A stretch of DNA of 32,000 nt from Pseudodesulfovibrio mercurii (GTDB lineage: Bacteria > Desulfobacterota > Desulfovibrionia > Desulfovibrionales > Desulfovibrionaceae). A program made the position numbers and the translations under genes. The notes beneath the pieces are model-generated. The model saw only the letters and a list, made by a program, of their open reading frames with translations. It was not told the DNA's origin and ran no database searches. Location of the stretch: NCBI RefSeq assembly GCF_000189295.2, contig NC_016803.1, forward strand, positions 900,001 to 932,000, in the 5' to 3' direction. Below, one piece after another: positions 8,665 to 17,345 of this stretch (within the stretch, counting starts at the first letter, position 1; every line of letters starts with the position of its first letter).

Positions 8665-9615
8665 ATGATGAAAAATCGCGTACTGGTCACCGGCGGCTCG
8701 GGGTTCCTCGGCTCGCACCTGTGCGAACGGCTCCTGGACATGGGCCGCGAGGTCATCTGCGTGGACAACTTCTTCACCGGGAGCAAGGCCAACATCCTGC
8801 ACCTGCTGGACAATCCCTATTTCGAGGTCATCCGGCACGACATCACCTTCCCCCTCTACGTGGAGGTGGACGAGATCTACAACCTGGCCTGCCCGGCCTC
8901 GCCCATCCACTACCAGCACGACCCGGTCCAGACCACCAAGACCTCGGTCCACGGGGCCATCAACATGCTCGGCCTGGCCAAGCGGCTCAGGGCACGAATC
9001 TTCCAGGCCTCCACCTCCGAGGTCTACGGCGATCCCGAGGTCCATCCCCAGGCCGAGGGCTACTGGGGCAACGTAAACCCCATCGGCCTGCGTTCCTGCT
9101 ACGACGAGGGCAAGCGGTGCGCCGAGACCCTGTTCTTCGACTACCACCGGCAGCACCGGCTGCGCATCAAGGTCTGCCGCATCTTCAACACCTACGGCCC
9201 GCACATGGCCATGGACGACGGCCGGGTGGTCTCCAACTTCGTGGTCCAGGCCCTCCGGGGCGAGGACCTGACCATCTACGGCAGCGGCGAGCAGACCCGC
9301 AGCTTCTGCTACGTCTCGGACCTGGTGGACGGCATGGTCCGGTTCATGGAGGACACGGACGACGCCTTCATCGGCCCCATGAACCTGGGCAACCCCGACG
9401 AGTGCACCATCCGCGAGCTGGCCGAAACGATCATCGACCTGACCGGCTCGGCCTCGAAAATCCGGTATACCCCCCTGCCCTCGGACGACCCCCTGCAACG
9501 CAGGCCGGACATCGGTCTCGCCCGCGAGACCCTGGGCTGGAAGCCCGTCGTGGACCTGCGCGCGGGCCTGGCCCGGACCATCGAATACTTCGAGGGCGTG
9601 CTCCGCTCCCTGTAG
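8665..9615 (+). CDS. UDP-glucuronate decarboxylase (UDP-xylose synthase-type SDR)
   Basis: [12 protein letters not shown] Rossmann motif, the YDEGKR catalytic YxxxK, and STSEVYGDP...W.GNVNPIG typical of UXS. ATG at 8665; the track start at 8650 is a TTG. Confidence 0.88.
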   Translation: MMKNRVLVTGGSGFLGSHLCERLLDMGREVICVDNFFTGSKANILHLLDNPYFEVIRHDITFPLYVEVDEIYNLACPASPIHYQHDPVQTTKTSVHGAINMLGLAKRLRARIFQASTSEVYGDPEVHPQAEGYWGNVNPIGLRSCYDEGKRCAETLFFDYHRQHRLRIKVCRIFNTYGPHMAMDDGRVVSNFVVQALRGEDLTIYGSGEQTRSFCYVSDLVDGMVRFMEDTDDAFIGPMNLGNPDECTIRELAETIIDLTGSASKIRYTPLPSDDPLQRRPDIGLARETLGWKPVVDLRAGLARTIEYFEGVLRSL

Positions 9616-9626
9616 GCGCTCCCCGC

Positions 9627-9681
9627 GACAACGGCGAAGGGGCCGGGGGACGCAACGTCCCCCGGCCCCTTCGCCGTTGTC
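9627..9681. repeat. Perfect 24-bp-arm palindrome between convergent genes (possible bidirectional terminator or REP-like stem-loop)
   Basis: gacaacggcgaaggggccggggga (9627-9650) and tcccccggccccttcgccgttgtc (9658-9681) are exact reverse complements. Two further pairs are possible inside the 7-nt spacer. There is no clear U-tract on either side. Confidence 0.7.
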
Positions 9682-9688
9682 GTCCGGG

Positions 9689-10822
9689 TTATTTCCCGTC
9701 CAGCAGCCCCTCGACCATCTCCACGTAGGGATCGAGCCCGGACAGGACGTGGTCCGGCCACTGGAACGGGCCGGGCCGGGACTCGCCCGCCGCACGCAGA
9801 ACCACCTCGGCCATGGCCGCCTCGTCCGCCGGGTCCGGGAAGACCCAGCGCTGCGGCAGGAAGCGGGCCGAGCCGTTCAGAGCGCTGGACAGGGACCGGC
9901 AGCCGCAGGCCAAGGCCTCCAGCGCGGCGTTGGAGCAGGCGTCGTAGAACGAGGCCAGGATGAAGACATCGGCCGCGCGGTAGAAGGCGGGCATGTCGTC
10001 CACCCTCCCCAGGAAGCGCACCCGGTCGGCCACGCCGAGGTCGCGGGCCAGCCGCTCGTACTTGGCGGGGTTGCGCCCCCCGGCCACGCGCAGGACGTAG
10101 TTTTCGGGCAGCCGCGCGAGCATGCCCACCAGGTGCCGGACGCCCTTGAGGGCGAAGTTGGTGGCCGCCGTGGCCACCACCACCTGGTCCTCGGCGATGT
10201 GCGAGGCGGCCCGCAGCCGCAGCCGCTCCTGGTCGCCGATGGGCGAGAAGCGCTCCAGGTCCGGACGGTTGTAGATCACCGCGATGTCGTCCCGGTTCAG
10301 GTGGGGATGGGACTCCACCAGCCAGTCGCGGACCAGGTCCGACACGCAGACGAGGTGCGGGGTGCGGCGCATGCGGATGCGATCGATGACGTGGATGGCC
10401 CAGTTGCCGGGCGACAGCCGCCTGCGGAGCATCTTGAAGGAGCGGGCGAACCCCCTGGGCCAGGCACGTTTGGACAGTTCCCAGAATTTGGAGATGGGGC
10501 CGCCGCCGATGCGCAGGATGTCCTGGTTCAGGGTCTTGCCCATGCCGAAGACCAGGTCGTAGTCCCCCCTGCGGCAGGCCCTGTCCGCCGCAAAGGCGAA
10601 CCACAGGACCTTGACCAGGCGGAACCCCCCGAACCGGCCCAGGACCACGGGCTCCACCCCTTCGGGCGGATCGGTCTCGCAGCGGGCGCAGATGAAGTCC
10701 ACCTCGTGGCCGCGCGCGGCCAACGCCTCGCTCAGCCGCCAGGCAAAGGATTCCGCGCCGCCGTACCGGCTCAGTCTGGGCATGGTCACGGCCAGCCGCC
10801 CTGTTCTCAACGCCTTTTCCAT
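9689..10822 (-). CDS. Glycosyltransferase family 4 (GT-B, RfaG/WaaG-like)
   Basis: N-terminal RLAVTMPRLSRYGGAESF plus a C-terminal ...ILASFYDACSNAALEALACG (E-x7-E region) are typical of GT4. ATG at 10820-10822; the track start at 10882 is an extension. Confidence 0.8.
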   Translation of the reverse strand: MEKALRTGRLAVTMPRLSRYGGAESFAWRLSEALAARGHEVDFICARCETDPPEGVEPVVLGRFGGFRLVKVLWFAFAADRACRRGDYDLVFGMGKTLNQDILRIGGGPISKFWELSKRAWPRGFARSFKMLRRRLSPGNWAIHVIDRIRMRRTPHLVCVSDLVRDWLVESHPHLNRDDIAVIYNRPDLERFSPIGDQERLRLRAASHIAEDQVVVATAATNFALKGVRHLVGMLARLPENYVLRVAGGRNPAKYERLARDLGVADRVRFLGRVDDMPAFYRAADVFILASFYDACSNAALEALACGCRSLSSALNGSARFLPQRWVFPDPADEAAMAEVVLRAAGESRPGPFQWPDHVLSGLDPYVEMVEGLLDGK

Positions 10823-10919
10823 GAAGTGAACTCTCGAACCTTTTTTATGGTTTGGCAACCGTGGAGTTGCCCGCCGGGCCAAAGACGGCTATGCATTCCG
10901 AAAAATCCGAAGGAACGCC

Positions 10920-11516
10920 ATGTTTTTCAGCACCCCCGCCCCGGACCTGCACCTCTTCCTGCTCATCAACCAGCACTGGCACTGCGCCCTGCTGGACACC
11001 GTCATGCCGCTCTTCTCGTCCATGGCCGTGCTCATGGTCCTGCTCGTGGCCGCCGTGGGCCTGGCCGTGCTCAAGGGCGGCAGGAGGCAGCTGCTCCTGT
11101 TCCTCGTCCTGCTCGTCGGCATGGGCGTCTCGGACTTCTCCACCAACCTGGTCAAGCACCAGATCCACCGGGTCCGCCCGCTCAACGAGGTGGCCGGGAC
11201 CCGCTATGTGGAAAACGGGGAGTGGCGCACCCGGCCGGACACCTTTGTCCGCACCAAGGAGAACGGCACCTCCTACCCCTCGGGCCACGCGGCCAACACC
11301 ATGACCCTGGCCCTGCTCGCCGTGCTCCTGTGGCCGAAGCTCCGGCTGTGGCCCCTGCTGGTCCCGCTGGTGACGGGCTATTCCCGCCTCTACCTGGGCA
11401 AGCACTACCCCACGGACGTCCTCGCCGGATGGCTTTGGGGCGTAGTCGTGGCGGGACTGGTCTGGCTCCTGTGGAAGGAGCTCACGCGCCGTTTTCCGGC
11501 CCTGCGCCCGGAGTGA
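10920..11516 (+). CDS. PAP2-family lipid phosphatase (undecaprenyl-diphosphate or lipid A phosphatase type)
   Basis: All three PAP2 motifs are present: KHQIHRVRP, PSGHA, SRLYLGKHYPTD. Polytopic. ATG is preceded by AAGGAA. Confidence 0.85.
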   Translation: MFFSTPAPDLHLFLLINQHWHCALLDTVMPLFSSMAVLMVLLVAAVGLAVLKGGRRQLLLFLVLLVGMGVSDFSTNLVKHQIHRVRPLNEVAGTRYVENGEWRTRPDTFVRTKENGTSYPSGHAANTMTLALLAVLLWPKLRLWPLLVPLVTGYSRLYLGKHYPTDVLAGWLWGVVVAGLVWLLWKELTRRFPALRPE

Positions 11517-11543
11517 TTCGCCAATCGTCAATTTCCTCGCCGC

Positions 11544-11588
11544 CGAACAACGGACTACTCGTCCCATCGAACGACGGACTATTCGTCC
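11544..11588. repeat. Two 21-nt direct repeats (2 mismatches, 24-nt period) between convergent genes
   Basis: cgaacaacggactactcgtcc (11544-11564) and cgaacgacggactattcgtcc (11568-11588). The second overlaps the TVP38 stop codon. Confidence 0.6.
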
Positions 11589-12292
11589 GCGTCCTCCGAA
11601 ACCCCGGCCTGCCTGCGGTAGCGCCGGTAGACCCGGATGCCCAGCCAGCCCGAGACCACGAAGAGCACGACGCTCATGCCCACGGACAGGATCACGCCCT
11701 CGGTGGACTCGCGGTTCATGCCCGCACCGAACAGGGCGAAGATGAAATTCTGCGGGATATAGCCCAGGGTCGAGCCGAGCACGAAGGGCATGAGCGGGAT
11801 GGAGCTCACCCCGGCGGCCAGGTTGGTGATCAGGTTGGACCCCAGGGGGAACAGCCGGATGGCCAGGGCCGTGTTGAACGGCTCGTGCTGGAGGAAGTGG
11901 TTGATCTTGTGCACGCGCGGGCCGAGCTTGCGCTCCACCAGGTCTCGGCCGCCCATGCGGGCGTAGAGCGCGGCCATGGCGCAGCCCAGTCCCGCGCCCA
12001 CGGTGGACAGCACCGTGCCGCTGAAGGTCCCGAAGGCGAAGCCGCCCAGAAAGCCGATGAGCTGGCGGGGCAGTCCCACGGCGGTGAAGACCGCGCCCAC
12101 GGCCAGAAAGATGACCACGGACAGCGGGCCGCGTCCGAGGATGTGGTCGTTGAACCACTGGGTGTTGGCGAGCATGTCGCCCAGCCCCAGGTACCGGGAG
12201 AGGTACACGGCCCCGCCGAGGATGGCCAGCATGACCAAGCCCTTGGTCAGGGACTTGAAATTCAGGTTGGAGTCGCGCTTATCCGAGGTCAT
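11579..12292 (-). CDS. TVP38/TMEM64 (DedA-related, SNARE-associated) family membrane protein
   Basis: Polytopic protein with ...AIRLFPLGSNLITNLAAGVSSIPLMPFVLGSTLGYIPQ..., typical of the family. ATG at 12290-12292 (alternative GTG at 12301) overlaps the upstream small ORF. Confidence 0.8.
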   Translation of the reverse strand: MTSDKRDSNLNFKSLTKGLVMLAILGGAVYLSRYLGLGDMLANTQWFNDHILGRGPLSVVIFLAVGAVFTAVGLPRQLIGFLGGFAFGTFSGTVLSTVGAGLGCAMAALYARMGGRDLVERKLGPRVHKINHFLQHEPFNTALAIRLFPLGSNLITNLAAGVSSIPLMPFVLGSTLGYIPQNFIFALFGAGMNRESTEGVILSVGMSVVLFVVSGWLGIRVYRRYRRQAGVSEDADE

Positions 12293-12539
12293 TTCGCTCA
12301 CGTTGCATGCAGTAGTACAGGGCCAGCAGGCAGGCCTGGCCGATGACGAACAGCGGGTCGCGCTGGGCGAACCCGTAGGCCAGCCCGGCCAATCCGGAGC
12401 CCCCCAGGGCCGCCAGCACCGGGCGCGCCGGAGGTTGTACGCCTTTCCCGCGCATTCGTAAAATCGCGATGCGCACGAAAAACGCCCCCTGCACGACCAC
12501 GACGAGGGCCAGGAGCCACCAGTGGTCGGGCAGGGTCAT
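12279..12539 (-). CDS. Small (86 aa) 3-TM membrane protein, LAB_N-like (lipid A biosynthesis N-terminal domain-like)
   Basis: C-terminal part of track ORF 12279..13130 starting at ATG 12537-12539 (MTLPDHWWLLALVVVVQGAFFVR...RDPLFVIGQACLLALYY). It is packed tightly between the GT2 stop (12542) and the TVP38 start. The family call is by-eye only. Confidence 0.5.
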   Translation of the reverse strand: MTLPDHWWLLALVVVVQGAFFVRIAILRMRGKGVQPPARPVLAALGGSGLAGLAYGFAQRDPLFVIGQACLLALYYCMQRERNDLG

Positions 12540-12541
12540 GC

Positions 12542-13264
12542 CTATTTCTTCTCTTTGACGGTGTAGCCGATGTGCCGGGTGATGAGCCACTTGACCCCGA
12601 TGAGGTCCCAGATGCCCGCCAGGGCCCGGTCCAGGGTGCCGTACTTGGACACGCCCGCCCCGCGCTGCCGGTGGTTGACCTTGACCTCGTGGATGCGCGC
12701 GCCCTCCATCTTCATCAAAATGGGGAAATAGCGGTGCATGTTCTTGAACCGGGGGATGCGGCGCAGCAGGTCCGTGCGCATGACCTTGAGGGAGCAGCCG
12801 GTGTCGTGCACGCCGTCGTCCACGATGGAGTCGCGGATCCTGTTGGCGATGCGCGAGGAGATGCGCTTGATGAAGGTGTCGCGGCGCCTGGCCCGCCAGC
12901 CGATGACCATCTCGCAGTCCCGGCCGAAGGCGGCGAGCATGTCCGGGATGTCGGCCGGGTCGTTCTGGAGGTCCGCGTCCATGGTGACCACGATGTCCGA
13001 CTCCACGGCGTCGAACCCGGCGCAGAAGGCGGCGGACTGGCCCCTGTTCTCGGCAAAGGCCACGTAGCGCACCTCGGGGTGTTCGGCGGCCAGGTCGCGG
13101 ATGATGTCGAGGCTCCGGTCCGTGCTGCAATCGTCCACGAACACGGCCTCCCAGGGACGGCCCGTGGAATCGGCCGCCGCCCGGATCTCGGCGAACAGGG
13201 TCTGAAGGTTGTCCTGCTCGTTGTAGACCGGCAGGACCACGGAAAACTTTTCGGCGTTGCTCAT
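12542..13264 (-). CDS. GT2 polyprenyl-phosphate glycosyltransferase (ArnC/GtrB/Dpm1-like, soluble short form)
   Basis: FSVVLPVYNE...VFVDDCSTD...TMDADLQNDP (DxD) and a C-terminal ...HRQRGAGVSKY are typical of polyisoprenyl-phosphate sugar transferases. Confidence 0.85.
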   Translation of the reverse strand: MSNAEKFSVVLPVYNEQDNLQTLFAEIRAAADSTGRPWEAVFVDDCSTDRSLDIIRDLAAEHPEVRYVAFAENRGQSAAFCAGFDAVESDIVVTMDADLQNDPADIPDMLAAFGRDCEMVIGWRARRRDTFIKRISSRIANRIRDSIVDDGVHDTGCSLKVMRTDLLRRIPRFKNMHRYFPILMKMEGARIHEVKVNHRQRGAGVSKYGTLDRALAGIWDLIGVKWLITRHIGYTVKEKK

Positions 13265-13382
13265 AGGGGTGATTCTCTACGGAATTCGGGAAGGGTTGTA
13301 AACTTTTTGCTGGTCCTTTCCCCGCCGGACCGCAGTTTTCGCGGCCCGAAAAATATTTTTTGGAATTTCTCTAAATTTGCTG

Positions 13383-13411
13383 TTGACAAAAATCCGTCAC
13401 CAACCTAGATA
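13383..13411 (+). promoter_or_regulatory. Sigma70-type promoter of the tRNA gene
   Basis: TTGACA (13383-13388), a 17-nt spacer, then TAGATA (13406-11). An AT-rich UP-like tract lies upstream (aaaaatattttttggaatttctctaaattt). The element ends ~15 nt before the tRNA 5' end. Confidence 0.55.
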
Positions 13412-13426
13412 CAGCCTCTCACGTGT

Positions 13427-13503
<77 letters not shown>

Positions 13504-13511
13504 AAGAAATC

Positions 13512-13552
13512 AAGCGGTTGCATCTGAATGGATGCAACCGCTTCTTCTTTTT
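13512..13552. terminator. Bidirectional intrinsic terminator (tRNA on the plus strand, aldo/keto reductase on the minus strand)
   Basis: 13-bp stem aagcggttgcatc/gatgcaaccgctt followed by cttcttttt on the plus strand. On the minus strand the stem is followed by GATTTCTTT. Confidence 0.7.
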
Positions 13553-13570
13553 GTCCCCACGCCCCGGCCC

Positions 13571-14527
13571 TCAATACCGCTCGCCCGCGGCGGCGTCCGG
13601 GGGGAAGGCGGCGTCGATGCGCCCCAGTTCCTCCGGGGACAGACGGACCTCGACGGCGGCCGCGTTTTCGTCCAACCGTTCAACCCGGCGGGTGCCGGGG
13701 ATGGGCACCACGTCCTCGCCCCGGGCGAGCAGCCAGGCCAGGGCCAGCTGGGCCGGGGTGCAGCCCTTGTTCCGGGCCAGGCTTTCCACGGCCTCGACCA
13801 GCCTGAGGTTCCGGGCGAAATTCTCCTCCGAAAAACGCGGGTTCTCCAACCGCCAGTCGTCCGGGCTCAGTTCGCTTCGGCTCTTGATCTTCCCGGTCAG
13901 GAAGCCCCGGCCCATGGGGCTGTAGGCGACCAACCCGATGCCCAGCTCACGGCAGGCGTCCAGGACCTCGCCCTCGACCTCGCGGGTCCACAGGGAATAT
14001 TCGTACTGGAGCGCGGCGATGGAATGCACCCCGGCGGCGCGCCGCAGCTCGTCGGCCGAGAGCTCGCACAGACCCAGATGCCGGACCTTGCCCTCCTCCA
14101 CCAGCCGGGCCATGGCCCCCACGGTATCCTCGATGGGCGTGTCCGGGTCCATGCGGTGCTGATAATAGAGGTCGATGCGGTCCGTGCCCAGGCGGCGCAG
14201 GCTGGCCTCGCAGGCCCGGCGCACGTAATCCGGGCTTCCGTCCAGGCCGATGAAGTCGCCCGCCTCGTTGCGCACCACGCCGAACTTAGTGGCCAGGACG
14301 ACCTCGTCCCGGCGGGCGGCAAGGACCTTGCCGAGCAGCCGTTCGTTCGCGCCCAGGCCGTACATGTCGGCCGTGTCCCAGAAGTTAACGCCCACGTCCA
14401 GGGCGTGTTCGAGGGTCGCCAGCGAGCGGCCCTCCTCCCTCGGCCCGTAGAAATCCGACATGCCCATGCAGCCGAGCCCGATGGCCGAAACCGTCGGGCC
14501 GTCGGTTCCCAATCGTCGCGTTTTCAT
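13571..14527 (-). CDS. Aldo/keto reductase (Tas/YhdN-like)
   Basis: 318 aa from ATG 14525-14527: [24 protein letters not shown]...WDTADMYG...IDLYYQHR...[13 protein letters not shown]. The track ORF extension to 15037 has non-coding-like composition. Confidence 0.9.
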   Translation of the reverse strand: MKTRRLGTDGPTVSAIGLGCMGMSDFYGPREEGRSLATLEHALDVGVNFWDTADMYGLGANERLLGKVLAARRDEVVLATKFGVVRNEAGDFIGLDGSPDYVRRACEASLRRLGTDRIDLYYQHRMDPDTPIEDTVGAMARLVEEGKVRHLGLCELSADELRRAAGVHSIAALQYEYSLWTREVEGEVLDACRELGIGLVAYSPMGRGFLTGKIKSRSELSPDDWRLENPRFSEENFARNLRLVEAVESLARNKGCTPAQLALAWLLARGEDVVPIPGTRRVERLDENAAAVEVRLSPEELGRIDAAFPPDAAAGERY

Positions 14528-14640
14528 GCCTGCCCCCTTTGGCGCGGGTGAAGCGGTTTTCCGGTTGCGCCGGGCCGTCACCCGCCCTGTTCCCTCGCCC
14601 CGGGCGCACCCTGCCCACCGGTATAGCATGCCCCGCCCGA

Positions 14641-14674
14641 AAAATGAAAGGGACCCGGCCGGAACCGGGTCCCC
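14641..14674 (-). terminator. Intrinsic terminator of the cytochrome operon
   Basis: Stem gggacccgg/ccgggtccc (14650-14658 / 14665-14673) is followed on the minus strand by TTTCATTTTT. It lies 24 nt after the stop at 14698. Confidence 0.65.
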
Positions 14675-14697
14675 TTGTCGCACGATCAGGAGCTTCC

Positions 14698-17343
14698 CTA
14701 CTTCATGGCCGCCCGGCCCAGGTGGTGCACGTCGGCCGTGACCTCCTTCAGGTGACAGACGGCGCAGTTGCCCTGGGCGCCTATGGCCCGGATGTTGCCC
14801 TGGTATTGCAGGGGCGCGATGTTGTCGCGGTTCGCGCCGTAGCGGTTCACCGCCGGGTAGTTGGCGTGCGGACTGTTGTGGCAGGCGATGCACAGCATCC
14901 TGCCCGTCTTGTCCGGACTGTTGCGGTAGAGGGTGTCCCCGCCCGTGGTCCAGGTGTTGAACCCGAGGGAAGTCTTGGCGTCCGGCTTGACATTGGGGTC
15001 CACGTGGCAGGTCCGGCAGTCCGGCTCCTGCATCCACGGCAGGCGCGGGTTGATGGCGGCCAGGTTCTCGGCGGAGCGCGGGGTCAGGTGGGCCATGAGC
15101 CGACCGGCCCGCTGCTTGCCCTGCTCCTGTTCACGCTTGAGCAGAGACAAGGCGTGGTCCTCCAGGTAGCCGTGGCAGCGCACGCAGCCGATGTCCGCCT
15201 GGGCGTGCACCCCGCGCAGGCACTTGGTCGGGCCGTCGGGCCGGTTGGGATGGCAGTAGGCGCACGCCTCGGAGCCCCGGCCGGACAGGAAGTTGGCGTG
15301 GAAGCCGTGGATGGCCGCCGGCAGGTTCAGGAGGGCGGGGTTGCCCTCGGCCCCCAGGACCGGGTCCGGATGGCAGCTCTGGCAGAGCCGGGGCTTGCCT
15401 CCCTCGGCGGACGCGGCCAGCTCGGTGTTGCTCAGGCGGTCGTGGGACCGGAGCACGTTGCGTCCGGTCGTCCGCGAGATGCCCGCCAGGTCGTCCACCT
15501 TCCACGGGCCGCCGTGGCAGTTCCGGCAGCCCATCTCCGTGGACGTGGGGGCCACGGCCCTGGTCGCGGCCAGGAGCCTGCCCGTGCCCTTTTCGCGGGC
15601 CACCACCGTGAAGACGGGATAGGGGTTGAAGCCGCCGTCCGCCGGGTACGGCTCCACCGGGATGAGCTTGGCCTCGAAGCAGTTGAGCTCGCCGTTCTCG
15701 TGCATGGGCCCGATCAGGCCGCAACCGGCCAGCCCCACATTGTCCTCTGGCCGCGCCCCGAACAGGCACTCCGCGTGTTCCCAGAACAGGGACGCCCTGG
15801 CCGGTTCCTCGAAGCCCGGCTCCACGTGGTAGGAGAGCTCCACGCCCTCGGTGACCACCTCGGGCTTGTCGCCCCGCCGGATCAGCTGGGCGAAGAGGTC
15901 GTTGGCGGGCGGCAGCAGGACCCACTCGGCATAGCTGTCCGAGATGCAGTGCATGCCCAGGTTGTTCCAGGCGAGCAGGACGTACTCGTCCTTGTCGCGG
16001 TCGAAGGGCGGAATGTCCACGGTCAGTTGCGGAGGCGTCCAGGCCCGGTTGCCGGGCTTGCCGCCGTGCAGGCCGTCCACGATGTACGCGGCCAGGGCCA
16101 GCCGCTCCTGGTCCGTGCCCGCCCACGGCGGCATGACCGGGGTGATCCGGCCCATGCCCGCGATCTTGGCGTCCATGCCGACCAGCGGATACTGCGCGGT
16201 CAGGGGCAGGATGTCGTTCATGGGGCCGCCGATGGAGTGGCAGGAGGCGCATTGCAGCTGGAAGAGCACGCGCCCGGCCTCCAGGCGGTTGGCCTCGGTG
16301 ATCGGTCCGACCCTGGCCCACCCGGCCGAGGCCAGCAGGCCGGATTCGCGCAGCCCGTCCAGGTCGGCGGTCCGGATCTGGTTGGAATACATGTACCCGT
16401 GGATGACGTAGGGCTTGCGGGCGGCCTCGCGCAGGAACTCGAAGGTGCCGATGAACCCGAAGCCGAGCAGGAGGAGGATCAGGGACAGGCTGATGCGGGC
16501 CTCCCGGCGCAGGCGCAGGATCATGACCGAGCCCAGGACGAACAGCCCGGCGGCCAGGAACGGGATCAGCCGGTAGAAGGCGGTCATGCGCGCGGCCTTG
16601 ACCGTCAGCCGCTCCAGGGCCTCGGGCGGCAGGACCGAGAAGTACCACCAGCCGAAGCCCACGGCCAGGACCACCGGCACGATGGTCCAGCGGGCGCAGC
16701 AGCGGTAGACCAGCTCCCTTGTCTCCTCGTCCTCGATGCGGTGGGCGGTGAGGAAGCCGAACAGCCCGGCGATCATCAGGGCCATGGCCGTGCGGAAGCA
16801 CAGGCCCGGCCAGAAGGACGGGTTGAAGAAGCCCGCCCAGAAGCCGCCGCCCGTAAGCCACGCCCCCGGCGTGAGCATGAAGCCGATGATCCCGTTGATC
16901 ATGAACAGGGAGAGCCAGGCGAAGACGAAGTACAGCCAGCCGATGATCAGATGGCTGCGCCGGTCCATGCGGTCGAACCGGTAATGGTAGATGAGCAGGG
17001 AGACGATCTCGGCCAGGAAGAAGACCCACTCCGTGGCCCAGGCGAAGACGAAGGTGTGGATCAGCGTGGACGTGGCCTGTGGCGCGATGACCGAGATGGT
17101 GATCCAGATGCCCACGCCGGTCATGCCGCCGAAGACCATGGTCAGGAGCAGGAAAAAGCGCGTGTGCCGCTTGACGTACTCCAACAGCGGCGCGGAGCGG
17201 AGCTTCGCGGCCAGGGTCTCGAACACGGGCAGGAACAGCCCGCCGCCCACGGCGAAGTGGGCCACGAACACGTGCACCACCGCCACCAGGGCGATGAAGA
17301 AGCCGCCGCCGAAGGTCGTCAGTTCCCAGATGGGGTATTGCAT
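14698..17343 (-). CDS. Fusion protein (881 aa): cytochrome bd subunit I (CydA)-like 8-TM domain + monohaem class-I-like cytochrome c domain + haem-free module + heptahaem c domain
   Basis: Start is ATG 17341-17343 ([14 protein letters not shown]...), overlapping the upstream stop (ATGACTAG). Residues 1-310 form about 8 TM helices with CydA-like blocks: VAHFAVGGG in TM1, [15 protein letters not shown]...RFDRM...[19 protein letters not shown]. There are eight CxxCH motifs at residues 365, 606, 664, 694, 720, 776, 818 and 860. The track ORF extension to 18105 is rejected. Confidence 0.85.
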   Translation of the reverse strand: MQYPIWELTTFGGGFFIALVAVVHVFVAHFAVGGGLFLPVFETLAAKLRSAPLLEYVKRHTRFFLLLTMVFGGMTGVGIWITISVIAPQATSTLIHTFVFAWATEWVFFLAEIVSLLIYHYRFDRMDRRSHLIIGWLYFVFAWLSLFMINGIIGFMLTPGAWLTGGGFWAGFFNPSFWPGLCFRTAMALMIAGLFGFLTAHRIEDEETRELVYRCCARWTIVPVVLAVGFGWWYFSVLPPEALERLTVKAARMTAFYRLIPFLAAGLFVLGSVMILRLRREARISLSLILLLLGFGFIGTFEFLREAARKPYVIHGYMYSNQIRTADLDGLRESGLLASAGWARVGPITEANRLEAGRVLFQLQCASCHSIGGPMNDILPLTAQYPLVGMDAKIAGMGRITPVMPPWAGTDQERLALAAYIVDGLHGGKPGNRAWTPPQLTVDIPPFDRDKDEYVLLAWNNLGMHCISDSYAEWVLLPPANDLFAQLIRRGDKPEVVTEGVELSYHVEPGFEEPARASLFWEHAECLFGARPEDNVGLAGCGLIGPMHENGELNCFEAKLIPVEPYPADGGFNPYPVFTVVAREKGTGRLLAATRAVAPTSTEMGCRNCHGGPWKVDDLAGISRTTGRNVLRSHDRLSNTELAASAEGGKPRLCQSCHPDPVLGAEGNPALLNLPAAIHGFHANFLSGRGSEACAYCHPNRPDGPTKCLRGVHAQADIGCVRCHGYLEDHALSLLKREQEQGKQRAGRLMAHLTPRSAENLAAINPRLPWMQEPDCRTCHVDPNVKPDAKTSLGFNTWTTGGDTLYRNSPDKTGRMLCIACHNSPHANYPAVNRYGANRDNIAPLQYQGNIRAIGAQGNCAVCHLKEVTADVHHLGRAAMK

Positions 17344-17345
17344 GA

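Noticed and set aside
6328-12346. Very long ORFs 6328..7686(-), 6789..8591(+), 8647..9795(-), 8721..9728(+), 9309..10604(-), 9677..12346(+), 10845..12158(-)
   Set aside because: They are alternative-frame or antisense shadows of recognisable genes (GGDEF, ComB-like, UXS, GT4, PAP2, TVP38). Their composition is dominated by R/G/P/A/H and they carry no motifs.
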